Of a stretch of 64,000 nucleotides of DNA, positions 12,339 through 24,785 are shown piece by piece. Each line of letters opens with the position of its first letter. Within the stretch, counting starts at the first letter, position 1. Both the position numbers and the translations under genes were made by a program. Source of the DNA: Mobula hypostoma (Eukaryota); the NCBI RefSeq assembly GCF_963921235.1, contig NC_086097.1, forward strand, positions 141,174,001 through 141,238,000, given 5' to 3'. The notes under the pieces are model-generated. The model was given only the letters and a program-made list of their open reading frames with translations, did not search any database and was not told where the DNA came from.

Positions 12339-14511
12339 TCAAACTTCTCAACTTCACCACTCCTCTCTCCTGTTCCAACCACCCTCCCTCTGAATGCACT
12401 ACCCTCCACTCTCTCCGCAGTAATCACAACCTTACCATCAAACCCGCAGACAAAGGTGGTGCCGTAGTAGTCTGGCGGAAGAACCTCTACCTCACTGAGA
12501 CCAAACGGCAGCTCTCTGACACCTCCTCTTACTTACCCCTGGAACAGGACCCCATCAAAAAACATCAAACCATTGTCTCCCATACTATCACCGCCCTTAT
12601 CAACTCCAGAGACCTTCCATCCTCAGCCACTAAACTCATAATTCCCACACCCCGCACCGCTCGGTTTTACCTCCTCCCAAAATCTACAAGACTGACTGCC
12701 TCGGTAGACCCATAGTTTCCGCCTGCTACTGCCCCACCGAACTTTTATCTGCCTACCTGGACTACATTTTGTCATCCATAGTCCTGTCCCTCCCCACCTA
12801 CATCCGGGATACAGCCCATGCCCTCCACCTCTTCAATAACTTCCACTTCACCAGTCCCGGCCGCTTCATTTTCACTATGGATGTCCAATCCCTATACACT
12901 TCCATTCCCATCAAGAAGGCCTCAAAGCCCGCCGCTATTTTCTGCACAATAGACCTCCCCAATTCCCCACCACCACCACCACCCTCCTCCAGTTGGCGGA
13001 ACTGGTACTCACACTTAATAACTTCTCTTATGGATCCTCCTACTTTCCTCAGACCAAAGGTGTAGCTGTGGGCACTCGCATAGGTTCCAGCTATGCCTGC
13101 CTCTTTGTTGGTTATGTGGAGCAGTCTGTGCTCCAAACCTATACTGGTACTGCTCCTCAACTTTTTCTTCGCTACATTGACGACTACATTGGTGCTGCTT
13201 CCTGCACCCATGCTGAGCTCGTCAATTTCATCGACTTTACTTTAAACTTCCACCCAGCCCTCAAATTCACTTGGTCAATCTCGGACAATTCTGTCCCCTT
13301 TGTCGATCTTTCGGTCTCCATCTCTGGAGACAGACTGCCCTCTGACATCTTCTACAAGGCCACTGACTCTCATAATTTCCTCGACTATACAGTACCTCTT
13401 CCCACCCTGCCACATGCAAAAATGCCGTTCTTTATTCCCAGTTCCTCTGTCTCCGCCGCATCTGCTCCCAGAATGAAGCTTTCCGTGCCAGGACATCTTA
13501 AATGTCCTCTTTCTTTAAGGATCGTGGTTTCCCTTCTGTCATCATCAATGATGCCCTCACCAGCATCTGCTCCATTTCCCTTACTTCGGACCTCACCCCA
13601 TCCTCCCGCCACCACAACAGGGACAGAATTCCCCTTGTCCTCACCTACCACCCCACCAGCCTCCGGATCCAACACATTCTCCTCCGCAACTTCCACCACC
13701 TTCAACAGGACCCCACCACAAAACACATCTTTCCCTCTCCACTTTCCCCAAGGATCGTTCCCTCCACGACTCCCTGGTCCACCCATTCCGCCCCACGGAT
13801 CTCCGACCTGGGACTTATCCCTGTAAGCGTAAGTGCTGCACCTGTCCCTACACCTCCTCCCTTGCCACCATTCAGGGCCCCAAACAGTCCTTCCAGGTGA
13901 GGCAACACTTCACTTGTCAGTCTGTTGGAGTCATTTAATGCACCCGGTGCTCCCGGTGCGGCCTCCTCTACATCGGTGAAACCCGACACAGATTTGGGGA
14001 CCACTTCGTTGAGCATCTCCGCTCCGTCCGCCACAACAGACAGGATATTCCGGTTGCCACCCACTTCAACTCTGCTTCCCATTCCCATTCAGATATGTCC
14101 ATTCATGGCCTCCTTTACTGCCATGATGAGGAGAAACTCAGGTTGGAGGAGTAACACCTCATATACCGTCTAGGTAGTCTCCAGCCCCTTGGTATGAACA
14201 TAGAATTCTCCAACTTTCGGTAATTCCCTCCCCCTCCCTTTTCCTATCCCAGTTTCACTCTGTCCCCTCCCCCAGCTGCCTACTATCTCCCTCATGGTTC
14301 GGCGTGCTTTTACTACCCTTTCCACTATACTTTCTTCACCTTTCCTGCTTATCCCCTCCCTGCTTCCCCTCCCCCACCCCTTTATCTTTCCCCTTACTGG
14401 TTTTTCACCTGGAACCTACCAGCCTTCTCCTTCCCACCCTCCCCCTACCTTCTTTATAGGGCCTCTGCCCCTTCCCTCTTCTGAGTTCCTCCAGCGTGTT
14501 GTGAGTGTTGC
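12339..14511 (+). mobile_element. 5'-truncated, decayed Penelope-like element (RT + GIY-YIG) with 16-bp target-site duplication
   Basis: IKPADKGGAVVV, QTKGVAVG, RYIDD, LYIG-type motifs across ORFs 12224-14173. TTTCAGAACAGAGACA at 12323-12338 and 14512-14527; single copy at paralogs 46983 and 60107. Confidence 0.9.
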
Positions 14512-14992
14512 TTTCAGAACAGAGACAAGGAGGAATTCCAGAGAATCTGTGAAATTCATTACCAAAAACGGCCATGGAGGCCAAGTTATCGGGTATATTG
14601 AAGCCGAGGCTGATAGGTACTTGATTAGTCATGGTGTCAAAGGGTATTCGGAGAAGACGAAGAAATAGGTGTGAAAGGGAAAAGGAAACAGATATGATTA
14701 AATGGCCAAGCTGACACAATGGATCGAATGGCCTAATCCTGCTCCTGTGTCTTATCGTCTTACGGCTGGGAGAGTGATTGCAGTCGGAGCATGTACACAG
14801 GAAGTTTCTGAATCGATTAACATCACCTGTCCTAAAGGAGTTACCAGAAGAAAAATTGTTAACGAATGAGTTGATTTAAGGGGAAGGTTTGCGGGAGGTT
14901 TACAACTAGGACTTGGTGAGTTATGTCACTTGGATGTTTACAGCGACAGGAAAGAGGGTCCTGGGCATTCGATAAAGGACGTACACTGCCCA

Positions 14993-15039
14993 GCACCGCG
15001 GTAGCGTAGCGATTAGCGCGACGCTATTACAGCTCCAGG
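14993..15039 (+). repeat. tRNA-derived SINE head fragment
   Basis: GCACCGCGGTAGCGTAGCGATTAGCGCGACGCTATTACAGC (A-box-like); copies at 47465-47512 and 61233-61280. Confidence 0.6.
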
Positions 15040-15705
15040 TTGTAAATTGTTCCGTGTTTGGGTTAGGGTTAGTACCGTTTGTCGGGGGTGATTGGGCCTA
15101 CCTCATGCAGTATCACTAGATAAACAAATTAGATATCGTCCTTTCAAATATCACAGCGAAAGCCAATGTAAGTTAATATTTAATGACAGGTTCTGCCCAG
15201 GTGGAATAATTAAAACCACGTTAACAGGGAAAGATGAACAGATTCACAGACATGGTGCTGATGGCATTCGGTTCATCAAACATCCCACCCAACGGAACGT
15301 ACACGGAATGCGGTCGCGGCGACGGGGGCGGTACGAGACAGGTCCAGGATCGGCACTTTACGAGCGGGTGTCGGGAGGATATCGCTCTCCTTGCTCTGTC
15401 ACAGAATCCGGAGACAAAAGATGAGAGAAAGTGAAGGCCAAAATGGAGAAACTGGGGGTGTCATGAGAATTATCTCCATGTACTCATGACGTCCAGAATC
15501 GCCGAGCAACACCCCAAACCACCGCCCCCGTCCGCCGCTGTGAAACCACTTGCCCCAACTGTGGTGTTCGGCGGGATATTTCGGGATTGTCTCAAAACCG
15601 CGATAAAGGGATGATAAATATTTTAAATATGTTGACGTATAACTGAACAGACAACTGGCTGGAGATGACTACTTTGGGGAAAGTTTTGTGACAGAACGTC
15701 CGGAT

Positions 15706-15852
15706 CGGTTAGTGTAACGCTATTATAGCGCCAGCAACCCAGGTTAAATCCCGTCGTTGTCCTGAATGGAATTTGTACGTTCTTCCTGTGACCGCGTGTG
15801 TTTCCTCCGGCTGCTCCGATTTCCTCCTCGTTCAAAAGATATGAGGATTAGG
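15706..15852 (+). repeat. V-SINE (HE1-like) body upstream of V1
   Basis: Central GTGACCGCGTGTGTTTCCTCCGGCTGCTCCGATTTCCTCC resembles the V-SINE core; copies at about 37856-38002, 48184-48316, 61908-62053. Confidence 0.65.
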
Positions 15853-16234
15853 AGGCACCCAATGCAATATACACAAAATGCTGGAGGAAATCAGCAGGCC
15901 AAGTAGCATTTTATGGAACAGAGTAAATAGTCGACGTTTTGGGCCGAAACCCTTTTTCAGGACTGGAAAGGAAGTGGAGAAGTCAGCGTGAGAAGTCGTT
16001 CCGCATCTACAAAATTTCTCCTGTTTGCGGGTTAGTAGGTTAATTGAGCACATTGATGGCATTGGATGGCCCGGGCCTGTTGGCCCCGAAAGGCCTGTTA
16101 TTGTGACAGATTTCTTCATGTTTAGTGAAAATTCGACCTCCCCCACCCCCAAAATCGTCTAATGAACTGCTGTGTAATTCTAACAAAAAGTCATTTTATG
16201 CAGAGGAAATAATAGTGTCGTTTTCAAATGGGGT

Positions 16235-16352
16235 AGGAAGGCGTGGTCTGTGACACGTTGAGAGAAAGTGGGACGTGAAGCGTGCTGTTATTTATAGCTA
16301 GCATGGTCACGTCTAAATCCGTGTCAAATACAGTCACAACTCGAAAAACACC
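16235..16352 (+). promoter_or_regulatory. V1 promoter
   Basis: TATTTATA at 16289-16296, 64 nt upstream of the ATG in all four genes; ETS-like AGGAAG and CRE-like TGACACGT and GACGTGA conserved in the paralogs. Confidence 0.7.
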
Positions 16353-16776
16353 ATGCGGCTGGGTTGCGTGGCTTTTGTGATACTTTTCCTCCGTTAGTTG
16401 ATTGATTTTCATCCGTTTACTCTCTGTTTGCTTCAGAGTTTGAAACAGATTATGACTTTGATTTCTGTTTCCACAGGCAGATGTCTCGGTGCTGAATTGA
16501 CACAGTCTCCGATGTCCATCACCAAAAATGTGGGCAATCGGACACGCATGACCTGCGATCTGGGATCAGCGAATACGGACTATATCCACTGGTACCGGCA
16601 GTCAGATGGGCAACGCCCAGTCAGGATCCTCTATTACAGTAATGGGGTTATCGTACGCGACGATGGAATTGATGACAGATTTAAAGCGAGCAAAGGTGGA
16701 CCAAAGCAGAATAGTCTAACTGTGACCAGTCTCGAGAAAGAGGATTCCGGCACCTATTACTGTGCCTATTGGGACC
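16353..16776 (+). CDS. TRGV: T-cell receptor gamma-type V segment 1 (leader exon 16353-16392, intron 16393-16476, V exon 16477-16776)
   Basis: Leader MRLGCVAFVILFLRRCLG after splicing GTTAGT...CCACAG; Ig V domain with C(22)-IHWYRQ-YYCAYWD, no stops; 23-RSS follows. Confidence 0.9.
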
Positions 16777-16815
16777 CACAGAGTTAAACTGCAACCTGCG
16801 CCGCTGACAAAAACT
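16777..16815 (+). other. 23-bp-spacer recombination signal sequence of V1
   Basis: CACAGAG (16777-16783), 23 nt, ACAAAAACT (16807-16815). Confidence 0.95.
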
Positions 16816-18523
16816 CTTCCTCAGCGTAGAGGTCACACGAATCATTTCCGACTCAGCGAATTCGCAGCTTATGCCATAAATGCCATCACCTTTCTTATGA
16901 TAAAGAACTGTCCAATTCTACGAAAGCTATCCGACCAGCCTCATCGACAGTCTATTCATTTACACCCGTCGCTCGAGAACAATGAATTGGGAGAATATTT
17001 CCGCAGGGTACGGGTAAGTGAGCGGGTAAAGATCTATAGGAGATCTGTGTGGTAGGTATCTTCAGGGAAACGGCGGTTGCTATAGGCAACAAGCTGCCAG
17101 TGGAAGAGTTAGTGGCAGGAACTATCGAGAGATTTAGAATTCATTTGGGCTTCTACGTGGATAAGAAAGGTTCAGAGAAATACAGGTTAAGTGCAGGTAA
17201 ACGGGACGGTTTACGTGCGTAACTTGCTCAGTAAGGACGAGTTAGGCTGAAGGGCCTAATTCTGTGCTGTAGAGCTCAATGGCTCTTAGAATTGTTTTAA
17301 ATCTCTGCACGGTCGCCAGTCAGACTCCTTTCTTCCGTGGGAAACAGTCCCGATATATCCGGTTACTCTAACTAAAATTCTCCAATCCCAGAGACATACT
17401 TGTGAATCTTTTCTGCGTCCTCTCTAGTTCAATCATACACAAATAATTAAGCAATAAATACTGAGGAAATGAGGTGTATATCCTTGACAGTGAGCCCATA
17501 TGTTGTGGCAACATTACAGTGATGTGGCAACTGAAGTTACACAATTTGGTTGAAGAGCCTGATTGTGGAGGTGTAATACCTGTTGCTGAACCTGGTGGTG
17601 TAGTTCTGAGGCTCCTGTCCGTACTTCCTCATGGCAGCAGTGAGAGGAGAGCATGATCTGCAATGTGGGGGAGGGGTGGGGTGGGTGGTGTTTCTGATGA
17701 CGGATGTTGCTTTCCTTAAAACATCACTTCTTAAAACATTTCCTCACTGTGGATGTAAGTGATACTGGACTTTAGTCACTGAGGCAGGTCACCATGTTCC
17801 TCTGAGGCACCAGAATCAGAGAAGTCTGGTTGAAGCAGATGGGTACATCAGCCAAAGAGACAGGTTAAAGGTCAGTGAACAGTCCCACCAGTTGATTAGC
17901 ACTGGTCTTTAGTACTTGACCAAGTATCATGTCTGGGCTGGATGATATTCCTGAAGGCTGCCCGTTCATCTTCCAGAAGGCTGCCCGTACATCAGCCTCA
18001 GAGACTAAAATCACTCGATCGTCAGGCGCTGTGAGTGTTTCTTTTGGTTCCTCCATGTTTTGAAGGTCAAAGCAAGCAGAGAAGTCATTGCGTTCATCTG
18101 GAAGTGAGCCCTGTTGTCACCTTTGTCACTTAATTTCACTTGATAAGAAGTGATAGCATTCAAGCCCTGCCACAACTATTGACTATCCTTTGTTGATTCA
18201 GGTTTAGTCTGGCAAATAAGGAGGCTTTGCCCATAAGGAGGCTTTCCAGAGAATGTACCAGGACCATTTGTAACTTTATTGGTCACCAGACTTGAATGCC
18301 TCTGATCTGACCCTCAGCAAATTGCTGGTTTCATGGTTCATACAAGGCTTCTGGCGGGGGAAGACTCTGAATGATTTTGTGTGGAGACACTAGTCTCCAA
18401 CTGTTTTTCTAACGTCCATTGATGTACGTGCCCATTGAACCTATATGGTGTAGGTGTATTTAGACATGTCCAGAGATGTGTCCTTGAAAATGGGCCAAAC
18501 CACTCGAAGGAATTTCATATAAC

Positions 18524-19972
18524 TGTCATGGTCCCGTCCGTGAAGTCCACATTCTAGTTCACGGTCCGGTCCATGGACTCAGGGCTCAGGGTCTTCCAGC
18601 TGTCCCTTATTTGAGTTAATCATAGGCACCTGATTCCCATCTTGTGGTTGGAATATAAGTAGCCTTGGGTTTGAGTGTGGGCTGCTGGTTTGTTTTGTCA
18701 AGATCCCCTGGGAGCACCCTGCCGGTGGAAGGCTGGACCAGCCAATTGCCATCTTTAGGCCGCGTTGCGGAACCATCCCATCATGGAGCCCTGCTGTTAG
18801 TAGTCAGAGCTATCTTTGCGGTATGGATTCGGCTGTTTCCCGAGCCAACTGAGTGGCTGCCTGCTACTCTGAACTAGGTAGAGATCCGGCTGTTTCCATA
18901 GCCGGTTGAGGTTGCTGGCTGAACTGAGACTCGGAGCTTCCCCGGAGCAGAGATGGATCTGTCTGTCATTCTTTGGTGTTGTCTCTTGTCCATGCCTCCG
19001 TGGGGTAAGCCAGGCCGTTTTGTCGTTGCCCTGCGGGGGGTCTTGTCTTGTCTTCTCCTCGCCTCCGTGGGGTAAGTCAGGCCGTTTTTCCGTTGTCCTA
19101 CGTGGTGTATCATCTTGCCTTTCTCTCGCCTCTGTTGGCTAAGTCCGGCCATTCTGCCATGACCCGACGGATGGTCCTGTCCCACCCTGGTGTGGAGAAG
19201 TTCAGTCTCGGTTTGTCTAAGTATAAGCCCCGGCTCTATGTCAATGTTCAGTTCCCAGTCGGTCTCTCTGCTCCAGCCTCCGAGTTATCAGCCTCCATAT
19301 TTCAAGACGAATATCCTGCAGCCAAGCTCCAAGAACCCAAGCCTCGAGGATCCCGCAGCCAAGCTCCAGACCCAAGACCCCAGCCTCAAGCCAAGCTCAA
19401 GACCCAAGACCCCAGATTCAAGCCAAGCTCGACCCAAGACCCCAGCCTCAAGCCAAGCTCAAGACCCAAGACCCCAGCCTCAAGCCAAACTTAAGTACCA
19501 AGACCCCCAGCCTCAAGCCAAGTTCAGGACCCAAGACCCCAGCCTCAAGCCAAGGTCAAGACCCAAGACCCCAGCCCCAAGCCAAGCTCAAGACCCAAGA
19601 CCCCAGCCTCAAGCCAATCTCAAGACCCAAGACCCCAGCTTCAAGCCAAGCTCAAAACCCAAGACTCCAGCCTCAAGCCAAGCTCAAGACCTAAAACCCC
19701 AGCCTCAAGCCAAGCTCAGGCCTCTAGATCCCAACAACGTCCTGTCCTGAAGCCACGTCATGTCCTTGCCTGGTTCTGGGGTCCGAGCACGAGGCAAGAC
19801 CTAAGCTCTGGGTCCTTGTCCAGTCTCGGGCTCGGAGTCCTGGCCGTGTCTCCGAGTCCATGGTTTCTAGTACAAGTCTTCATTCACATCCCTACTCCAG
19901 TCAAGTCCTGCTCCTTGTACTTCAGTGTCTGTGTCTCTCATTTGGGTCCGTTCCCAGCACCTCCGTGTGACA
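18524..19972 (+). mobile_element. Solo LTR (about 1.45 kb) with internal 32-bp minisatellite
   Basis: Starts TGTCATGG, ends TGTGACA; 5-bp TSD ATAAC/ATAGC (18519-18523, 19973-19977); empty site ATAGC in unit 1 near 4186. Confidence 0.85.
19317..19730 (+). repeat. 32-bp tandem minisatellite (about 13 copies)
   Basis: Unit CCAGCCTCAAGCCAAGCTCAAGACCCAAGACC; period measured 19444 to 19476. Confidence 0.9.
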
Positions 19973-21059
19973 ATAGCAATAACTACTCATTTCCCTCCCT
20001 CGACCAACTCGTTGTATTCCTCTTATCTGGAGATTACATCCGGTTCCTTGATTTGCCTCCCTCACAGCTTGGCCTATCCCTCATATGGATATTGGATTTC
20101 AATGAATAATGTGCAAAGACAGCCTGGGCCCGCTGAGCATACACACCTTGCAAACTGCCATCATTTGAAAGAAAGCTACTATTAAACGGGATAGGATGAC
20201 AACATATTTTCCACTATTTATTCCCTTCAGCAAGAAATATTCCTTTGGATACTACAGTGGGGGTGGTGGGAAGAATCACCTGTCAGTGCACAGCAGGAGC
20301 AGCCAGCCCAGTGGCAGTACGGCCGGCTCTGTGGCTCAGCAGGGAAGGGTAAAATCAGGTAGAGAGATAGTGATCGGAGACTCAGTAATTAGGGATTGGA
20401 CAAGAGATTTGGAGGCAGTTGGAAAGATGCAGAATGGTGTGCTGCCTCCCAGGTGCAAGGATTAAGGAGGTCTCAGAGCAGCTGCAGAAGGGGTAGGGTA
20501 ACCAGACAAAGGCCGAGGTGCACGTTGACACCAATGACATGGGTAAAAACAGGGAAGAGATTTTGCACAGTTAGTATAGGTAGTGAGGGAAGAGGCCGCA
20601 AAGCATGAGTAATCTCTGGATTACTCCCAGTTCCGCGTGCTAGTTGGGGAAGAATTAGGAAGAATGAGTGGTAAAGGATCTGGTGTAGGGAAAAGGGTTT
20701 CAGATTGTTGGATCATTTGGATCTCATCTAGGGAATTTATACCTTGTACAAAAAAGATCGGATAAACCTGAACTCAAAGGGGATCAATATTTTTGCTAGT
20801 AGGTTTGCTAGAGCTGTTGGAGAAGGTTTAAACTAAGTTAGCAGGGGATTGGGAAGGAGTGATGGGGCTGAGGATGGGACAGTTGATGCAGTGTGTAGCG
20901 AGACTGTGAGGAAGGATAGGCAGATGATACTAAGTTAGATTCTCTCTCCTGTCAGTTTGATTTCTCTGAGGTCCGCACCAATCCAGATCACATTTTTCCT
21001 CGCACAAGCATAGCTGTTCCGGTGATTTGGGGAATACAAACAGATGAGGACTGCCGAAC

Positions 21060-22415
21060 AGTCAGATCCAGGCCCAGATGGAGAAGTGCCTAACCGGCTG
21101 TTTGTCCCTGCCTCTGTGTGTTCCTAAACGTTGGTCTCTGGTCACTCTTCCCATCTGGTTGGCCATCCAGGGATTCAACAGACCTTAGAATTCATAAAGA
21201 GATAATTTACATAGCAGTCTATGTCCCAGGCTGTCCACTATTTTGTCTCTGCCTGTCCCATTTGTGCCCAAAACAAGATGTCACATCAGCTCGCTGCTGG
21301 TTTGCTCTACCCACTGCCTGTGCCTCTCTGCCCCAGGTCCCACCTCTCCGTGGATTTCATCACTGGTCTGTGTCCGTCAGATGGAAACGCTACCATCCTG
21401 GTGGTTGTGAACCAGTTCTCGAAAGCAGCCTACTGCATTGCTCTCCCCAAGCTCCCATCGGCTCATGAAACTGCCACTTTCTTCGTTCAGCTTGTGTTCA
21501 GGTTGCACAGCTTCCCCCGGGACAGCAGGTCTGACAGAGGATCACAGTTCATGTCGCATTGTTGGAATGATTTCTGTTCTCCTTTGGGAGCCACAGCCAG
21601 CCTCTCATCACTTTTCCACCCCCAATGTAATGGCCAGACTGAGAGAGTGAATGAGGAGCTGGAGACAATCCTGCGCGGCCTTATCTCTTCCAACTCCATG
21701 ACTTGGAGCTCTCAACTCAGAGTTTTGCCATAATAAGCTGGACTAGTAGGCCCTCCTTTGAATGGCAGAATGGATTCCAGCCACTGATCTTCCCAGACCG
21801 TGATTGACATGGGAGTTTTGGCTGTTGAACGTTGGTGCAAAGCTGCAAGCACACATGGAGATGGGCCAGGGCCTCCCTGCTGCACACTTAGAAACTATAG
21901 CCCAGCAGGATGATCATCTCCTCCGATAGGTGAGGCTTCTCAATCCAGAGAGAAGGCCTGGCTGGTATCTAGAGACCATCTTCTGAAAGTTGGGAGCCGC
22001 AAGGTTGCCCCACGCTAGGTGGGACTATTCACAGTGGGGAAGGCTATCAATCGATCTTCCTAGAGACTGCGCCAGCAATCATCTGTTAAGATTTACCTCG
22101 TGTTCCATGTTTGCAGCTCACAGTGGAGACTTCCTCCCACCTTGCTCCGGTTACACCCTCTCCCTCCTCTCATCTTGGTGGATGTGTCACTGGTCTATTC
22201 CGTGCAGCACCTCCTGGCGTCAACCCATTGTGGGGCAGGATCCAGTACCTAGTGGACTGGGAGAGATAGGGCCCAGAGAATCTTTCTTGGGTTCCAATTC
22301 GTGCCATCCGGGAAAAGTCACTCATCCAGGACCTCCAGCGGCACAGGTCTCTAGTGCCTCTGGAGCTGAGCTTCGTGGCGGGTTGCGGTTGCTGGGGTGG
22401 TGAGGGTGGAAATCT
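21060..22415 (+). mobile_element. Chromovirus-type Gypsy relic (integrase + chromodomain + PPT)
   Basis: ORF 21221-21733 CPICAQNK...SVDFITGL...SDRGSQF...NGQTERVN; chromodomain-like LVDWE near 22250; purine tract then TGTAAT. Partial copies at about 5260-5660, 41580-42490 (inverted), 52910-53690. Confidence 0.8.
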
Positions 22416-24785
22416 GTAATCACCATGGACTCTGCTTTGGAGTGGGCAGCTGAAAGCGGTCATCAGCAATCACGCTCGTGAGAATGCACGTCAGTCAATT
22501 AAGGTTGCATTGTAGTTTTATTTAATCTCTTCAGTCTTGTCGAGTCTTGACTGAAGCACAATGACGGCAACGCTCCCCTACTTACCTTAACCCACTTTCT
22601 AAGATAGAAGAATTCAATTTAGATTGACGCCTTAGTTTGAATTTTAGTTTGTAGCCCTATTGGATTCGCATTTATTATTTTCCTTTTATTTTGGACAGTT
22701 CTTATTAAATTTCAGTTTACCCGGGGTCAGTGTTGGGACCTCTGTTAGTTATTATTATGTAAATGATTTGGATGTGAATCTATACAGCACGATGTTCACG
22801 ATGTTGCGGATGATACCCTCAATCTTGGTATCATCCGCAAATTTGCTGATCCAGTTTAACATATTGTCATTTAAATCATTAATATAAGTGACCAACAACA
22901 ATGGATGAAGCACCGATTCCTGCAGCACAGCACTAGCCGCAAGCCTCCAGGCAGAGAGACAAACACTAAACACCATTCTCTGGCTATTTCTGGTAAGCGA
23001 ACATTGAATCTTACTGACTACCTCATCCTGAACATCAAGCAACTTAATCTTCTTGACGAGTCAGCCATGTCGTAATTTATCAAAGGCTTTTCGAAAGACC
23101 ATTGCGTTCCCTTCAACAAACTTCCTGGTAACCTCCGAAAAAATATCTATAAATTAGTTAGGCATGACTTACCATGCATTAACCCATATTGCTTATCACT
23201 TTTCAGGCCCTGTCTATCTAAACACTGGTACATATACATCCCACCAGTGAAAAAACCTTCTGATAATTTACCCACGACTAATGTCAGGTTCACCAGGCTC
23301 TAATTTCCTGTTTATTCTTAGAACCATTCTTCAATGTTAGCGAACCTCCAGTCCTCCAGTACCTCACCCATGGGTAAGGATGTTTTAAATATTACTGCCA
23401 GGGCTCCTGTAATTTCTGCACTAGCCTTGCACAAGTTTGGAGAGGACACCTCCTCAGGTCTTTGGGACTTATTCACCCTACATTCTTCTCAAGACAGCAA
23501 GCACTTCCTCTTCTGTAATCAGAGCATTGTCCATGACCTCCAGTGGTTTTCCAGATTCTATGGTATCTGAGTAAATGCAAACACAAAAATAAAGTGTTTA
23601 ATTTTTTTCCGCATCTCCTTTAGCTCCATACACATATGACCAACTTTAACTTCAAGGGGACCAATTTTGTCATTTGCTATCCTCTTGCTCCCAGTGCATA
23701 TAGAAGCCTTGGTTCTGGTTTACCTTGTCTGCTAGAGCAACCACTTATCCCTTTTCAGCCTTCCTGATCGTTCGCTTGTGTTCTCTTGCACGTCTTATAT
23801 TCTTCAAGAGCTCCATTTAACACTAGCTGCCAATAACTGATATGTGCTTCCTTTTTGTTTACCACGTCCTCAATATCTCATCATAAATAAGGTTCCCTCA
23901 ACCTGACAACCTTGCTTATTATCCTAATAGAAATATACATATAGTGTACTCTCAATATTCAATTCTGTTGAAGATCACCCACCTGCCAGTGTCTCTTTGT
24001 TAGAAAAGAGCCTATCCTAATGCACACCAGGTAGATTGCTATTGATGCCATCAAAATTGCTCTTCCTCCAGTTTAGAATCTTAACTTGAAAACCAGTCCT
24101 ATCCAATCTCCATAATTATTTTGAAGTCGATGGAATTATGATCACTATATACAGTGTTTCCCTATATTCACTTCTGTCAGCTGCCCTGTCTCATTACCGA
24201 AGAAGAGATCTAATAGTTTGCTCTCTTTAGTTAGGAATTCTGCATATTGATAATGAAACTTTCCTGAATACATTTGACAAACTCCATCTCATCCAGTTCT
24301 TTTACTGTATGGGAGTCCCAATCAATACAAAGAAAGAGAAAATCACCCGCTATTTCAACCCAGACACTAGACATTCTGCAGATGCTGAAAATCCAGAATA
24401 ACACATAGAAAATCCTGGGGGAACTCATGAGGTCAGGTTTTCCCATGAAATGGAATAAATCATCAATGCTTCAGACCAAGATCATTCATCAGGACCCTTC
24501 ATGAATCCATTGACTGTTTATTCCTTCTGCAGTTTCTGCCTTCCCTGCTGAGTTACTCTTGCATCTTGTATGTGTTACTGTAACAACCTTAATTTCTTGA
24601 AACAACCTTGTATTTCTTGAAACTGCCTGCTATCTCCCTATGAATTTGTTGTTCCAAATCCTGATGACCATTAGAAACACTATAACGTCTCGTTAACATG
24701 ATCATCCATTTTTTATTCCACAGATCTGTGAAAATTGCCTTGGCAGACGTGCCTTCTGTATATCATCTGAGCATTGCGATGACAT

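Larger units (their letters stand above)
3850..18180 (+). repeat. Segmental-duplication unit 1 (contains V1)
   Basis: Collinear TE mosaic shared with 18181-39889, 42490-50622 and 50623-64000; anchor GACT(A/C)T(C/G)CTTTGTTGATTC at 3850, 18181, 50623. Confidence 0.9.

Noticed and set aside
14993-15039. tRNA gene
   Set aside because: Only an A-box-like head; no complete cloverleaf. It matches the SINE head.
15092-15424. Small protein gene repeated upstream of V genes (also 47565-47834, 61331-61858)
   Set aside because: Non-ATG start, different lengths and stops among copies, no recognisable domain, and deleted in unit 2. Similarity is explained by the duplication.
16398-16787. 129-aa ORFs starting MIDFHPF... 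(also at 38547, 48861, 62578) as full proteins
   Set aside because: They begin at a TTG inside the intron. The real start is the upstream leader ATG with canonical splice sites.
19317-19730. CRISPR-like array
   Set aside because: Contiguous tandem repeats without unique spacers, in eukaryotic DNA with no cas genes.
19048-19750. Long repetitive ORFs (QDPRPQPQAKL...), also at 28884-29515
   Set aside because: They are by-products of a 32-bp repeat lacking stop codons, and are open in several frames inside an LTR.
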